A stretch of DNA of 64,000 bases from Chara braunii. Taxonomy: Eukaryota > Plantae > Charophyceae. The notes beneath the pieces were generated by a model, which was not told the origin of the DNA, searched no databases, and saw only the letters and a list, made by a program, of their open reading frames with translations. The translations under genes and the position numbers were made by a program. Shown one piece after another: positions 25,510 through 46,000 of this stretch. The DNA lies in NCBI GenBank assembly GCA_003427395.1, contig BFEA01000027.1:5399364-5463363 (forward strand), written 5' to 3'. The number at the start of each line of letters is the position of its first letter. The first letter of the stretch is position 1.

Positions 25510-25960
25510 TGATTACATTACTACCGCAATCGAAACACTGGAGATAGTGCAGAGAACGAATTTTAACATCTCAGAGCTGTGGATCTCGGAAGTCGTATGG
25601 GCTAAACTGGTCACACGTACTAACTACGCTGAGATGGATGGATGCTGGGGTCACTGTACACACCTTTTCGACTGCAACTTTGAAAGAATGAGCTAAAAGT
25701 TTAGCAGAATCTTCGTCGACACCATCAGTACGTAGGACTGCCTTTCGCGCTAGTGCAATAATTGACCCATCATCTGACCACCAGATAGCTAATGACATCG
25801 GTGCCAGATAATTCCACCATCGATGTCGAATATCTAATTTATTTTTGTCATGTGTTATTTTATGAACTTCTGTTCGTTCAGAGAGTGCACGGCTCGCAAT
25901 AACAAGTCCGTAGTTTGACCACAACCGCTTTTTCTCAAAGTTTTTCCAGAAGGTACCCAA
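25510..25960 (-). pseudogene. LAGLIDADG homing endonuclease remnant (probably organelle-derived)
   Basis: NYLAPMSLAIWWSDDGS matches the L(T)P.SLAIWxxDDGS signature of the LAGLIDADG_2 family, followed by LRTDGVDEDSAKLL (cf. L.T..F...E...L). Truncated and frameshifted. Confidence 0.65.
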
Positions 25961-26146
25961 GGTGATACTTCTTGAAGTGCACTATAGCCCAATGCCAATT
26001 ATTAACGGAAGAACGCCTAGCCAATGATACTTCTTGAGGTGACAACGATGTCCACTCAGTAGGTTACCGTTCGCCGACGAGAGACGCCAACAAGTCGGAG
26101 CTCTTCCGGAATACTACCTAACCAAGATGAGGGTAGTACTAAACAA

Positions 26147-26203
26147 CATCAGGGAAAATCTGCCATCAGGGAAAATCTGCCATCAGGGAACATCTGCCAT
26201 CAG
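26147..26203 (+). repeat. 17-bp tandem repeat catcagggaaaatctgc x3
   Basis: Directly visible. Confidence 0.85.
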
Positions 26204-29200
26204 CGTTGCAGGCTTGCTCGGGAGACGACCTTTCTGAGACGTCTGAAATCAATGTCGAATCCCTAACAGCGTTGCAAGCTTGCTTGGATGAAATGGTACA
26301 AGCTATCAGAGGCTGCTATCAATTGGCATAAGTCAGCATCCCTATTTACCGACACATAAGCAATCAGTGAAATAGGGGATGAGACGGATTAGAACAAGAC
26401 AGATAAGAACGCCTCCTACCTTCACCAGAATTCAACGTACGGTCATTATCACTGTATTTGGGGTATCTTTCTGACTAAATACAGCAATAATGACCGTACA
26501 TTTATTCGGGTGAAGAAGGTAGGGGAGCAAATCTTCCTCTTGGACTGTGCGACTGCAAAGGACGACCTCCACCACACCTCACTGTTTGAAAACGTCGATT
26601 GGAAATTGAAGTGCGTGGCGCCCTCGTCACCCTATTACGGTTCGTTTGGGCGCCCTCTTGACCCTATTACGAGCAGCGAGATTTATGCCATTCACGGGCA
26701 ACCAAGACTCTTTCATTTCATGAAGTGGCGTTGGGGATGTTATGCCTCCCCCAAAAGGAGAGTACTGGGATGCATGGACCGCGAATGAAATCTGCCTCGT
26801 GTGAAAGAAGTGTGGGAGGATCTGTTCCTAGTTGGTTTCTCCCTCTGAAGATGAGCTAAGCGGCTGATGCTGTCTACAATTTCCGGGTTGAATTATGATG
26901 TCCCCATCCTCTTCTTTTTTCGGCATAATGAGAAGCACTACGAGGGGCGCCCCGTATTCGCTATACACAACTCCTCACAACGTGCCAGACAACGACATCC
27001 ACCGACTCATCACAAGGTCGAACCTCGACTGTCTGCACAGGACGTACTTTACTAATGCGAAGGACCCCTGATAGAAGGGGTCGACTTTACTCAGACCAAT
27101 CCACGCCACAACTCCTAACGGGAATGGCACGCCTGAAGAAATACGCGCGTGTGCATTATTGTGCTGTTCGCTATACGCCGCTCCACTAAAAAGAACATGA
27201 CCATCATCGATTTTCGTCGGACTTCACCCACTGCGTCACAGGTGTGTATTTGTACGTGTGAGTGTGATGGATGTGCGCGTGTGCGGGACGAGTCCCTGTT
27301 TGGAGACATGCGCGGGTGGCCTCTTGTGTCTGTTCAAATACCTCGATACTCGCTCCTATTTCATCCATTAACCATCACACCCCGTCTGACGACGACAAAA
27401 AAATATATTTAGGGAAAAATCATACACAGGGAACATAGTAAAATGTGTTCGCCAATTCTCGCGCCGAATCGGCACACTTGCAGACATACATTTCTTACTC
27501 TATAATGAGAGGATGGAGGGCAAAACGCATACTGAACAAGCGCCAATAACACAACAAAACAAAACCACTTAACAAAACACCACAACACAGAACTCCACTA
27601 GCAAAAAAGTGGCAACCACGCCCGCAATCGGTCTCAAAACGACTTGGAGAGCCCACAGACCCACCATAAATCAAACAAACATCACTACTCTCCACTCACC
27701 ACCCACAGGTTTCAGGCGGTGCATTTTTCCATGTTCTAGCGGAGGATTCACTCTCGTTTTGCACATTTAGAAAGTCGTGGAGCGAGGCCCCCGATCTCTA
27801 CTCTACACCAAGTGTGCTGTGAACCTCCCCCTGCCGAGTCATATGACCTCGCAGTGCTACAGCGACATCACTGCGCGAACTACGCCAAAACCCCAAAAAA
27901 ACACCGAAAAAACCTCGTGGCCACTCACATTACCGTTTTTTCATCAACGACAAACCCCATGGTCCACAATGGCAAAGAATTAAGCCATTTGTAATACAAA
28001 AGACCAACACAAAATGAGGGTTTCCTAGTGTGCGTACGAGAGGGGAACACTCACATTACGGCAACGACGTTTAATGCACGTCGTCCTACTAGGAACACTC
28101 GATCGCGAAGATAGGACCATGGGAGGACTATTAGCTTGCCCTTTTTATTTATGTTGGACAATGCCAGGATCATTAGCTTGCCCCTTTTGTTCATGTTCTG
28201 TGCCGACAGTAGAGTATGGTATGCAAAGGAGCTTCGTCATACCTCCTAGCCTCGCTGCAATGGGTGAATGCCATTTTTTCTTCCCTGCAAGCGCTGGAGG
28301 ACCTGAAGCCTAGCTAACTATCCAATGCTTTCACACCTTTCAGTTCTTTTTCTTCTTGCGGGGCACTTTGTTCCAGGTGATGTGCAGTATGGACGATTGC
28401 AGACACTGATCCGGCGGGCATCGCTCTATCTGGCCGCTCCGCTTCCCAACGCACGTATTCTCATAACACGACACTTCTAATGCTTTGCTTTTCCTTCCTC
28501 CGCCACCTTCATCCATTGCCGGTTTACATCTGCTGCTCACATGTGCAGTTCCTCCGATCGTTCTTCCCATTCATGAGGTCACGTGGCTTTTTAGAAAGGA
28601 ATTTCAGTATCTGATACTTCGCAACAAGAGGTGGGCAACAATCACACTGCCGACCGGCTTCGCTCTCTTTCTCCCCATGTATCTCGCGTTTCCTTTATCG
28701 GTATTTCTGTTTGCCGTGTTTAGAATTGTTTGCTGGCACATGACTCTCACTGTCTCTATTTTCCTTCCTCTCTCATGTTTGCCCTACACGACTCCACAGC
28801 AAGAGCATGACTGTGCCAGACTGTTTCGTCAAACTTCCACCGGCTCCCTCATGAACAAGGACTCGCCACGTCGCCCAGACCTAGCGATAGCACTGAGACA
28901 AGTGGTCGACTTCACTCACACCAACCCTGCAAGCCGTGTCTCTCACTACTCTGCGTGTGCACATGCGTGTGTTTATTTCATGGGATAAGAAGAGAGGAGC
29001 CCAGAGACAAGACGGAGATGCACAGGAACACAAACATCAAGCGACGAAAACAAAACAGTAAACTCAGATATTTCATGCACACAAACATACAAACCCATCG
29101 TGTTCCCTGTTACCTTTCTGGGTTCTGGATTCCCTCACAATTCTCAACTGCACATCCTCCACTCCACATTTCCACACAATCCCCATCTGACTAAGTGATC

Positions 29201-29490
29201 CTCTGCCACAGTTCAGAGTTCACATTCAGTGAGTTCAATGATGGAAGCTCAGTCGAACCAGACTCGGTACATGATCACAAATCCAGAAAACTCGACCTCA
29301 AGCTCACCAGGCATACTCGGTATTCACCCACATTTGAGAAAACGCCCAAGTCCGCACCCAGATGAATTTAGGCTCCAATAGACCACTATCGAGCAAAAAT
29401 TTTACATTCAGTAGCAACCGTCCTCACGATCTACTTAAAATGCACAAACATAAAGCCTCCAATCGTTCCAGCCGAACTACACATCGAAAT

Positions 29491-35703
<6,213 letters not shown>

Positions 35704-36359
35704 TTTGCTTGACCTGGTCTCCCGCCCACAGCGTCGAGAATGCGGCTATGGCTGCCTGGGAATGGCGCTATGACTCACTACCGAAAAGGAACTAGAAATG
35801 AAAGCATGGTAAACAAATGCGTAAAGAGCCACGCACGCCTCAGGACCGCGTCTAATCGAAACCGTCGGATTCACACATGAATATCGAGGGTGCTCAACAA
35901 ATGGACTCATCGCGAGGGCGCGGGAGCGCAGCCCGTAAGTATGTCCGCCCAAACGGTGGGGGCGGAGAAACGGCCAGGAGCCAGAGGGGTAGGGGGGGGG
36001 GTAAGGCCGGGACAGGCCGCAGGGATAGACCAGGGCGGCCAGGGAAGGCCCGTTGTTGCGTACCGGTAGTACCACGCGGCCAGGTTTTGCCCAGTTGGTA
36101 ACCAGACGGCCCTTCCCAGCGTCGGACGTAGGCTGGGTGCAGCTTCGGCTGGGGTGCAAATTGGGAACGCACCCCGGCCACCCTTCAGAGAGGCTGAAAC
36201 GGCAGTAACCGTTCCAAGAAACAGCCCTGTCACCATTCGAATACGACATGCGACTCTGGTGTTCAGGAGCAGCCCGTTTCAGGCATCAAGACAAGACTGC
36301 AATCCCTTTCCTTTTGGCCATCACGCCGGCTAGCCAGGAACCAGGCGTCACAACAACGC

Positions 36360-36363
<4 letters not shown>

Positions 36364-36427
<64 letters not shown>

Positions 36428-36509
36428 NNNNNNNNNNNNNNNNNNNNNNNNNNNNNNNNNNNNNNNNNNNNNNNNNNNNNNNNNNNNNNNNNNNNNNNNN
36501 NNNNNNNNN

Positions 36510-36579
<70 letters not shown>

Positions 36580-36615
36580 TACACATGCATACACACACAC
36601 ACACACATGTACGCA
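36364..36615. repeat. (CT)n and (CA)n microsatellites spanning an N gap
   Basis: Directly visible. Confidence 0.95.
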
Positions 36616-37728
36616 CGTACGCACATACACACATATAAAAACCGCTACGAAGGGTCAGCAACCATCACAGAGACTTGCCTTACTCTTTTTTTGCTGATTT
36701 TTTTCAACATCCATTATGATCACGTTCATGCTCTGACTAAAACATCAATCGTATTTGCAAGAATTCGTTCCATATTATACTCCCGTCGATTTGTGTGTGT
36801 GTGTTATGTGAGAGAGAAAAAAAAACATACTAAGATTTTTATAATAAAATTATCATAATTGCGTTTTCAAATTTGAAATAAAAATCAAATACTAAAAATA
36901 AATAATAAAATAAAAATTAGAAAAAATAAAACGAGAATGAAATTATTGAGTGGGCGAGCATGTCTTTGGCACCGCCATCTTTGGCGATTTTTTTTTCTTT
37001 TTTGGCTGTGACAAATGCCATGAAAAATTTTATATGTGTATCTCACATAATAGAGAATTTAGAAATAAAGTTTGAAAAAATAATAATTTTTTTCATGCCC
37101 CGAAAGAAAGGAAAAACAAAAAGTGCAAAGAGAAGAAAAAACAAATTAGTGAGTGGGCAAGCAAGTCTTGACACCACCATCTTTGCCGATTTTTCATTTT
37201 TGTTTGGATGAACAGAATAGCTTAAAAATTAAGGAGGAGATACCGTACATCACAAAGAACGCACTATACAAAATTCAGAAAAAAATAATAATATTTAGGT
37301 GCCGAAATAATTTTTGGCGGCACCTGAACCCCTTCAGGTTCGGGCCCCGTACGGGAACCCGAACGCCCGAACATTCGGGGGTCAGCTTAGGGGCCTCCGT
37401 ACATTCAGCCTGGGAACCCTCTGCATATGTCTATATGCATTTATGTGTATGTGTGAGTGAGAGAAAACATAATAAGTATTTGTATTATATATTAGTGTTT
37501 ATTTTCTGTATTTAGTTTTTAATTCAAATTTGGTAAAGAATTTGGATGTAGTGCCCAAGCAAATGTTGTTTAGTTTATTTTTACTGGGCGAGTGTTCGTG
37601 CATGGAACAGCGAAGGACCTTGCAAAAGAAGAAAAAAAAAAAAAATCATGAAATGAACCATGCGACAAGTTGGATCGCCCGGGTCACTCTATTATCCCGA
37701 GCAACCCGGCCTTGCAATAACCAAAAAA

Positions 37729-37788
<60 letters not shown>

Positions 37789-38081
37789 AAACTATGTTAT
37801 CTAGGAAAATAAATTGAACAATTTTTGCCTCATATTGATTTTATTTACCAAATTAAATTATTTATTAGCTAGGCTACCAGTCAGGCTGCTCAGGTCACCC
37901 TATTTTTTTGGAAGGCCCAACCGTGCAAGGACCACGGAGGGTCAAAAAAAAAAAAAAAAAAAAATAGAAAAAACTATGTTATGCAGAAAAATAAACCAAA
38001 CAATTTTTATCACAGGGTTACATCGAAATTCCTTACCAAATTTAAAATAAAAATAAACATTAAGAACTATATACATATATA

Positions 38082-38858
38082 CAGGGTTGTCGACGTTCAG
38101 GACGGGCCGAACGCCCGAACGTTCGGCAGCCCTTCTCAATGTGTTCGGCCGTTCGACTGAACGAGGAACCCACCCCCCCCTCAAAAAAAAAAAGAATTCC
38201 AAAAAATACCAGGCTACCAGCCAGGCCGCTCGGGTCTCGAGTGGCCAGCCCGTGCAAGGACCAGGGAAGGTCCAAGCAAAAAAAAAAAAAAATTCAAAAA
38301 ATCAAAAAAAAACTATGTTATGCAGAAAACTAAACTGAACAACGTTTGTCCCAGGGTCACATTCGAAATTGTGCACCAAATTTATAATACAAAATAAAAT
38401 TTTATTTTTATTTTTTGTATTTTTTTTTGTTCGGTCGGGCAAGTGACTCTCGGACCATTTTGGTAGCCTAGAAAAAATATGAAAAAAAATCTGTTATGAA
38501 AAAGAACAAACTAAACAACATTTGCCTCAACATTCAAATTTAACTATAAATAGACTAGTGAGAGGATGAGATAGATGCGTACTACCAAGAAATATGAAAT
38601 AGATTAAGATTAGAATATAGATTACTTAAAAATAAATAAATAAATAAATAAATATCAAATTTGAAATAAAAATAAAATACTAAAAATAAATAATAATAAT
38701 AATAATTAAAAAAAAAAACAAGAATTAAATTATTGAGTGGGCGAGCAAGTTTTTAACACCGCAGTCTTTGGCGATTTTTCTGTTCTCTCATGCCCGATAG
38801 CGAAGGAGATCTCGGAGGTCAGCTTAAGGGTCTCCGTACGTTCGGCCTGACAACCCTG
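38082..38858. mobile_element. Non-autonomous hAT-like element with 8-bp TSD CATATATA
   Basis: Termini CAGGGTTGTC...GACAACCCTG; catatata at 38074-38081 and 38859-38866; subterminal ccgaacg repeats. Confidence 0.8.
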
Positions 38859-38872
38859 CATATATATATATA

Positions 38873-39645
38873 CAGGGTTACCGGCGTTCGGGACGGGCCG
38901 AACGCCCAAGCCCAAACGCCCTAACGTACAGGACCCCTTCGGGAGGTGTTCGGTTGTTCGGGACGAGGGAAGGTTCCAGCAAAAAAAAAAAAAAAAAAAA
39001 AACGTTTTCAACAAATTCCGAAAAAAAACTATGTTATGGAAAAATATAAACTAAATAACATTTGCTTGGGCACTACACCCAAATTCTTTACCAAATTTGA
39101 ACTAAAAATCCAATACAGAAAATAAACAATGTGATAAAAATAAGAAAAAATACAAAGAGAATTAAAATGAGTGAGTGTGTCAGCACCTTTTCGATACCGC
39201 CATCTTTGCCGATTTTTAATTATTTTTGGGCATTGACAAATGCCCTAAAAATTTACAGATATGTAGTTTACATAATCAGTAACTCATTAAAAAAAAATCA
39301 AAAACTAATAAATATTTTTAGGCCCCAAAATAAAGTGAAAACAAAAAATTAAAAGTGAAAAAAAACAAAATAATGAGTGGGCGAGCACGTTTTGACACCC
39401 CCATTTTTTATGACTTTTAATGTTTTTTTGGCTTAGCAGAATCACTTCAGAAATTACAGGCGTGTAAGTTACATCACAGAGAACTCACAAAAAAACATTC
39501 GGAAAAAAAAACTTATTTTTAGGTCCCGAAATATTTTTTGGCTAGGGCCGAACCTGGAGGTGTTCGGCCCCCGAACGGGACCCCGAACGCCCGAACATTT
39601 GTGGGCCAGCCCGGGGGCTCCCGAACGTTCGGTCAGATAACCCTG
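38873..39645. mobile_element. Non-autonomous hAT-like element (inverted homolog of 9034-9972)
   Basis: Termini CAGGGTTA...TAACCCTG flanked by tatatata on both sides; interior is collinear with the reverse complement of 9034-9972. Confidence 0.8.
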
Positions 39646-40214
39646 TATATATATATATATATTTATTTTTTTTAATTCATTTTTTGTCTGGCTAGGTAAA
39701 TGATCTCGGACCACTATGGTAGCCTATGATGGATGTTATGAACTGTTCGTACAACACACAGTAAACAACATTCTGGACAAATCCAACACAGATGTACGAC
39801 ACAACTGTATGAATTATCATTTAAGCATCTTCATCTTGCTAAAATTTGACACACATTAACCAACATAGATTAAATGTGGTCATCATCATGAAAAATATAG
39901 ATTGAGCCGATTGATGGAAAAATAAATCACCAACACACTCCCCCCACACCCAATTTCGCTCGACCCTTCGAACATAACCTACTTCTATTGAGACGACAAA
40001 CAATCCGCAAACAGGCTACACAAGATCAAATCCTGCATTAGTCAAATCAACATAGCAACAACTCTCTGCCTTAGACTATTCGCCGGGGCACAGGTACCGA
40101 CTACAGCCCACAAAATGTCCAAATTATGCCCAAATAAAAACTACAAGTCGACCGAACAAGGTGAGGGACAAACAAGGTACCCTCAATTATTTTAGTTTCG
40201 GTAATCTGTTATAG

Positions 40215-43074
40215 ATCCTCGTCTAGATACAACCACCGAGTTATATAACATGCTCAAGTTCTAATGATGGACCACTCCCATTCTAGGTACACTATTATGT
40301 TGTTCCACAAACTAAATTATAACAAAGGATGACGTCAGGTTCTAGTAGATGACCAAGTTATACTAAGTGTTAAATGCTACCAAAGGAAACACCTGGTCCA
40401 AGTACATCACCATGTTATACTACGAGCTACATACTAATGGAGGACAATACCTGGTCCAAATATACCACGAACTTCACTAAGCATTCTACGCCCGATTCCA
40501 ATCTGTGAGCAACACCGCAATCATTTTTCAAACTACATTTTTGTCTCGACTTAAATTTTTGAGGGACCTCTCAAACCAACGCCCTTGATAGTTATTATTC
40601 CTCAATTCTAATCTCAACAAAACTACGGATTCCAACAATTCAAGTCCCATGTAAGATTTATGGTCTATTCGATGCAGCGCACTGGTAATGGCTGTCATTT
40701 TTTCTTTCTTACTTGACCACGAATGAAAATCCTGAAACATACGAAATGGTAACTTCATCCCTTCCCTCAATTGCTGTTTCTTTTTCGGAATTTGCATTGT
40801 CCCGAGGAAGAGAATCTCCTAACGTGTCGTTCATCTATAATCCAAAAAAGTTCAGTTTTCCCCTGCTTCGTCCGTTTGTTTGAGGGTTAGTGCTTTATCA
40901 TAACACTCTTCAAACAATGTCAACGCCTTGTGTACCTTTGGCTTATCCCCGATTTTCTTTGGGTTATAAGCAGCAAGCACAGACAAGTCATCCACAAATC
41001 TCATACCCTCAAACGCCCGCTCATGGTTGCCCCAAGAAATAAGGAAATCCCACCCACTTTTCACATACATGAGGCATGTCAATTGGGGACTTGAGCTCAT
41101 CCCCATAGGTATGCCAATGACCTGTTGCAGTAAGATCCCGCATGCTTCAGTAAAACAAAATTCCAATTCGAATGCTACGAAAAACACATGTACTTGAAAG
41201 AAATGAAGACAAAACTCTCAATATAACAACTCTTACTCATTCTAGCTCTCTCCCTCGCTTATGTACAAAAATCCCGTGGAATCCTTTTTCGGAAACCACC
41301 AAACCGCCCATTCGATTGTCGATCTAACTGTCGCATGAGGAAGGCGACTAAACATGTCCTTAATATCATAGGATATTCCTAAGAGCTCAATATCTCTCCT
41401 GCTCTCTCTAGTTTGTTGTTCAATTGCTCCAGTCTATTCTTCATGCCCGACACCGACCTCATATTAAAGTGTCCAGACTCGAGTAGAGAGAACATGAGTC
41501 CGTTGATTCTTTTTGCCACCATCTTACATGCCTTGACAATTGGCTCACTAAAAGTAGGGCACATCGGGCGATACTTCTCAGTATCTTTGTGTTGGACAAT
41601 GCATATGCATTCCCCACTTTGCCCTTATTGTCCCAGTTTCTGTGAGTTGTTAACCCCCTTTTCTCGTACTCTGATATCACCGACATGAGCAGTTGTCCTT
41701 TATCAAGAGTACACATGCGATATCCATCACTTAGCAGAAAGGTATGGAGGATACCTTTGTCGTATACTCTTGGGCACAAAACTAATGTGTCAATTGGGTT
41801 CCGATCCAACGACACTCGGACCAGGACCTCCAACTTGTCTCTTAGTGAAGTCGCCACCTCCCTCACGTTCTCAAATCCATGATCTTTATTCTTTATAAAG
41901 GAACATTTGACTTCTTCGTATGTGCAGCTGAACTCTTCTTTGGTGAGCTTCATATTCCTTCCCCAATAACAAAAAACCTTTGTTAGTTCATCCCTGAGTA
42001 CTTCCTCTCTGTGATGCTCCTCATATTTAGGTATATTCTTCGCATTTTTCATAATCCATGAAGCATGCACAAGGTCATTAATTCGGAAATGCACATGCCC
42101 GTCCATCTTAGGGTAGGGCATACCAGCACATACACAGATGGAAGCATGAATCGACGCAAACTGTCGATGGTTGTGGAGGATGTCACTGGCATTAGGGTTC
42201 TTCCTCTAAACAACCCATGCCCGACGCTTTACCATTTCCTTGAGAGTACCTTCCATAGTCAAACCCCCAACCTTCTTTCTCACTACTCTCATCACCTCAC
42301 TTTTCTTAATCCTCTCATCATATTGCGCTTTCACAATGACGCGTGTTCTCACACTAATACCGAACTTGTTACGTACAACTCTCAAAATCATACAACGTGG
42401 ATGGGATCTGCTACGCTTCGTAGTAAATGTCTTCACGACACTATAGTATCGGATCATCTCGGTCATACCTTTCGTGTAAAGATCCTTCTGATTTCGTCTA
42501 TTCCTGAACATCTATACCATATCATCTTAAGTGTCAGCAACGAGGGGGAGGTTTCCGAGACTTTGCGAAGTATAACAACCCTCTCCATTTCAAACAATTT
42601 TTTGCACTGTCTCAACGGTCTTGTTCCTCGTTGGTACTTCATCCGAGTCTCACCGAAAGGTCTCCTTATCAATTTTCATTCTTTTGCCCACGTCCTCCCT
42701 TCATTGCTCAGTACTTTGACGTCACCGTTGCGTCGTATCAATCTACACAACAGTTCCACAATTCTCATTCTACTGTTCTCTGTTCCATCTACACGTAGTT
42801 CCAGTAGTTCCCACAGTCTCTTTTGTATTCATCCGTTCTCCCATCCACCACAACTGACCACGTTCTCCTTTTTTTCTTTCCATACCAGTGTTTAAATTTC
42901 TTGGTTGACCTTCTCGATTTCACCGATCGTACATTAAGCAATGGTGACTAGTGCTTGATTAACGCAGTTTCTACGACCTCTAATTCCTTCCTATCCGTAT
43001 TCGTGAACAACGGTAGGGCCACGTACTTATGAGCCCCCACCTTACCCAACCAGTTATATGTCGTCCTAGCACGT
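40215..43074 (-). mobile_element. Decayed Penelope-like retroelement PLE-2, cut at its 5' side by the LTR element
   Basis: RT motifs SYDIKDMFSRLPH, QQVIGIPMGMSSSPQL and RFVDDLSV; LDRNPIDTLVLCP is shared with PLE-1; GIY-YIG-like LEVVETALIKH*SPLLN at ~42930-43070; degenerate ~60-bp tandem repeats downstream at 40215-40480. Confidence 0.75.
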
Positions 43075-46000
43075 TGTCGAGCGCATCGGCCCCCGCACGA
43101 GCGAGGGCCCCCCGGCCCCGTCACGCAGGAGAAACTTAGGCTTTCAACTTTTTAGAGACAACTCGGGAACGACACGGTAACCCGCGTCGACCCTTTGCCG
43201 CTCCGGCCGAGTGCACCAGCTGTACATCACGAGGTCCCCTACGACAGGACAGGTTCTCGCGGGGCACAACTTACCTTCCCTAAGGGGCTGTCACCACCCT
43301 TAGGGGCGTATCCCTACCGAGCTACCGACCCACATGCGAAAACTTTTATAATGCAATTTCAGAGGTAGGCCGACCGAGGGCGTTTGATCGTTCGCTGTAG
43401 CATAGGTACACATAGTTAAACGCCAAGTGGACTCGAACGCCGCCCATCCCTGGGGCGTTGATCTCCCACGAATCGGAACGACGTCGGTCGACTAGGACGT
43501 AATATTCCAAGCGTAAGAAAACCTCAATCAATCCTAGTCCCTTCTTCCAAAGACAATCAAAAGTTAAACACCAAAAGAAGACTCAGGCCAACGTAAGTTG
43601 ACATATATTCTGAGATCAACTTATATATAATACAACCATGCATACCACTCGCCCTGATCAATTTGACAAGGGTTGATTTGACTTTCATCCAACGACAAGA
43701 CACATGAGTTGACTCGCCTTCGGACCTCACTTATCAACAAAAGGACAAAGCATGACTTATACACGATGCGAAACTCAAATGACATCCGACCAAAGTATCT
43801 ACACTCTACTTGTCAGACGGTTGGATTGTCACGACTTTTCCGACTCGATGAGATGCGTTGTCGAGTTCTTTCATTCCACCGCATGCGGACTACAAGCACG
43901 AATCCAGACAAATCCCAATACTCGATTAAAGCTAGGATGCCATCGCACCAGTGATGACCATGCTCCTACCCTAACTTTGGTGTGAATGCCATCTGCAAAT
44001 AACTCGACTACCACCTATACAAGTCATCGACCAACTCGAACAACTGACACACTGATCACTTCGCCAAAGACAGGGTCCACCTTGCCTTTGGGAAACAATT
44101 ACTCTTGTTGTTCTATGAATGATGACGTACCCGCCTCCGACACAAAGACATTCGAAGCAACACTTTAGTCGTTACCTTCTGTCAACTAGCCTGATGACCC
44201 CAGGCTTGCACTTCTTATGGTGCAAACCTATCCGAGAAGATGGTGCCTACATGCACTTCACTCATAACTAACGAAAACATGAATTGGGCTTCTTATGGCG
44301 TCAGTTCTCCATTCCTCTGTGGCTCCTAAGACGGCCACAAAGGGTAAACTATGACGGTCCTCCTTAGCGTAAGCCGACCATGACTTAACGTCTTCCGTGA
44401 ATAGCGCATGTCCATCCCCTAGGAGGTGGTCTGGGATACCCCTCGTCCTCGCCTGAGTGAACCTCGGATCTCAGAAGTCGGGCCGGCTCCGCCACAACAG
44501 CATGGTATCCCCCCGCAGTGCGGTCCACTCCGAGTCGATCACAGGGCCGGCCCCTAAGGCAACGAACCCCCGCCTCAGATGCCTCCTAGGGAAAGGAAAC
44601 GCCTCTACCACGGCAGACGATCAACCCCTTGCCGCCTGACGTCAAGGTGAACCTAGACGAAGAAGAAAATCACAAAGAAGAAAAGCATTCAGACAGACGG
44701 GCATAGACAAAGGTGGTAATTCGGGAAAGAATGGGTAACATCGGGAACGATTCCATGTCCGACTAAGGTTTTTTTTTTTTTTTTTTTTTTTTGTGCGATC
44801 GTTCTTTTTATCGTCGTCAACTGATTTTCTCTCTTGTGACAAACATGCAAACAAATGATAGAAGACAAACACCCTGTCCCCATTTTCATTGACATGGGCA
44901 ATTTTGTTTTCAAGCTTTCTTCTACCTACCTGCACATCAGATCAAACAACAAGTTCAAAGGAAAACAATGCAATTCACACTCACGTCAGACTTTCATTCA
45001 CACACGCAAACACACATTTTCTCTACCTATCCAGTGAACATTCAAAGAATAGGGCCAAGCAAGTGTGGGTTCACACAGGAGTGTGAAGGGGTCTGAGTCA
45101 AACAACTGACCTTGAATGAAGTTAAAAAAAAAACGGCCCACTCGAGAAGACCGTGTAAAATCACACTCCATAGAAGAAAATCGTCACAATGAGTCGCCCG
45201 CAAAACGATCCACACTACTTTGTAGAACGATCGCTTGACGCGACACCCTCTCAACACCCAGTCATCTCCCAGTGATCTGACAGCGTCGCCGGTGCACACC
45301 CCCAATTTCACTGTGCCACTACGGCGTCGCACTCACACCACTTTCAAGCGCACCACCACTTCGCGCTACCTTCCCTGCGCTAATGCCCAGACGCCGCCTT
45401 ATATAGTCGGTGTAAAAATATTGCCACCTCTACCATGAGAAACTGGCAGCGCTACTGCACCACCGTCGTCAAACCCAATGCTGCTGCCGCAAATTTTCAG
45501 CAGCNGTGTAAAAATATTGCCACCTCTACCATGAGAAACTGGCAGCGCTACTGCACCACCGTCGTCAAACCCAATGCTGCTGCCGCAAATTTTCAGCAGC
45601 GCTTCCGCACTACCAGCGTCAAACCCGGCGTTGTTGCCGCAAAATTTCAGCAGCGCTTTCACGCTACCATCTGAACGTGTTGCNNTCGTCGCAANGCGGC
45701 GCAGCATCACCCTTGTACCTCATAAAAAATGGCTNCCAACACCNCNTTGAACANGCAACANCTTCTCTGCTTTGCTACNAAAAATANATGCCGCCACCAT
45801 GCCNGACGGGCAGNACCTTCCCTGCACCCCANTNTTCACCAAGGTNGTGGCTATGGCAGCCTCCACCTTCTCCTTTCACCCTTCCTNCANACCTCCAGCA
45901 CCTCCTCCCTTCCTCCTCGCTGTGACGGCNGCTATGGCTGCATTNTANANCTATGGCCACCTTCCCCTTCCTCCTGCAGTCCTCCTCCTCCGCCGCCAGC

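Noticed and set aside
26147-26203. Short repeat arrays as possible CRISPR (also 3515-3592 and 40215-40480)
   Set aside because: Tandem repeats without unique spacers, no cas genes, eukaryotic context.
35930-36190. GC-rich structured region upstream of RPL10, considered as SRP/7SL or another ncRNA
   Set aside because: No SRP helix-8 motif or Pol III terminator; partial similarity to 23350-23485 suggests a repeat.
42065-42895. 276-aa plus-strand ORF
   Set aside because: Antisense to the PLE-2 pol remnant; no independent coding signal.
45410-45600. 96-bp duplication present only in the 3' LTR
   Set aside because: The two copies are identical and separated by a single N, typical of an unmerged contig overlap.
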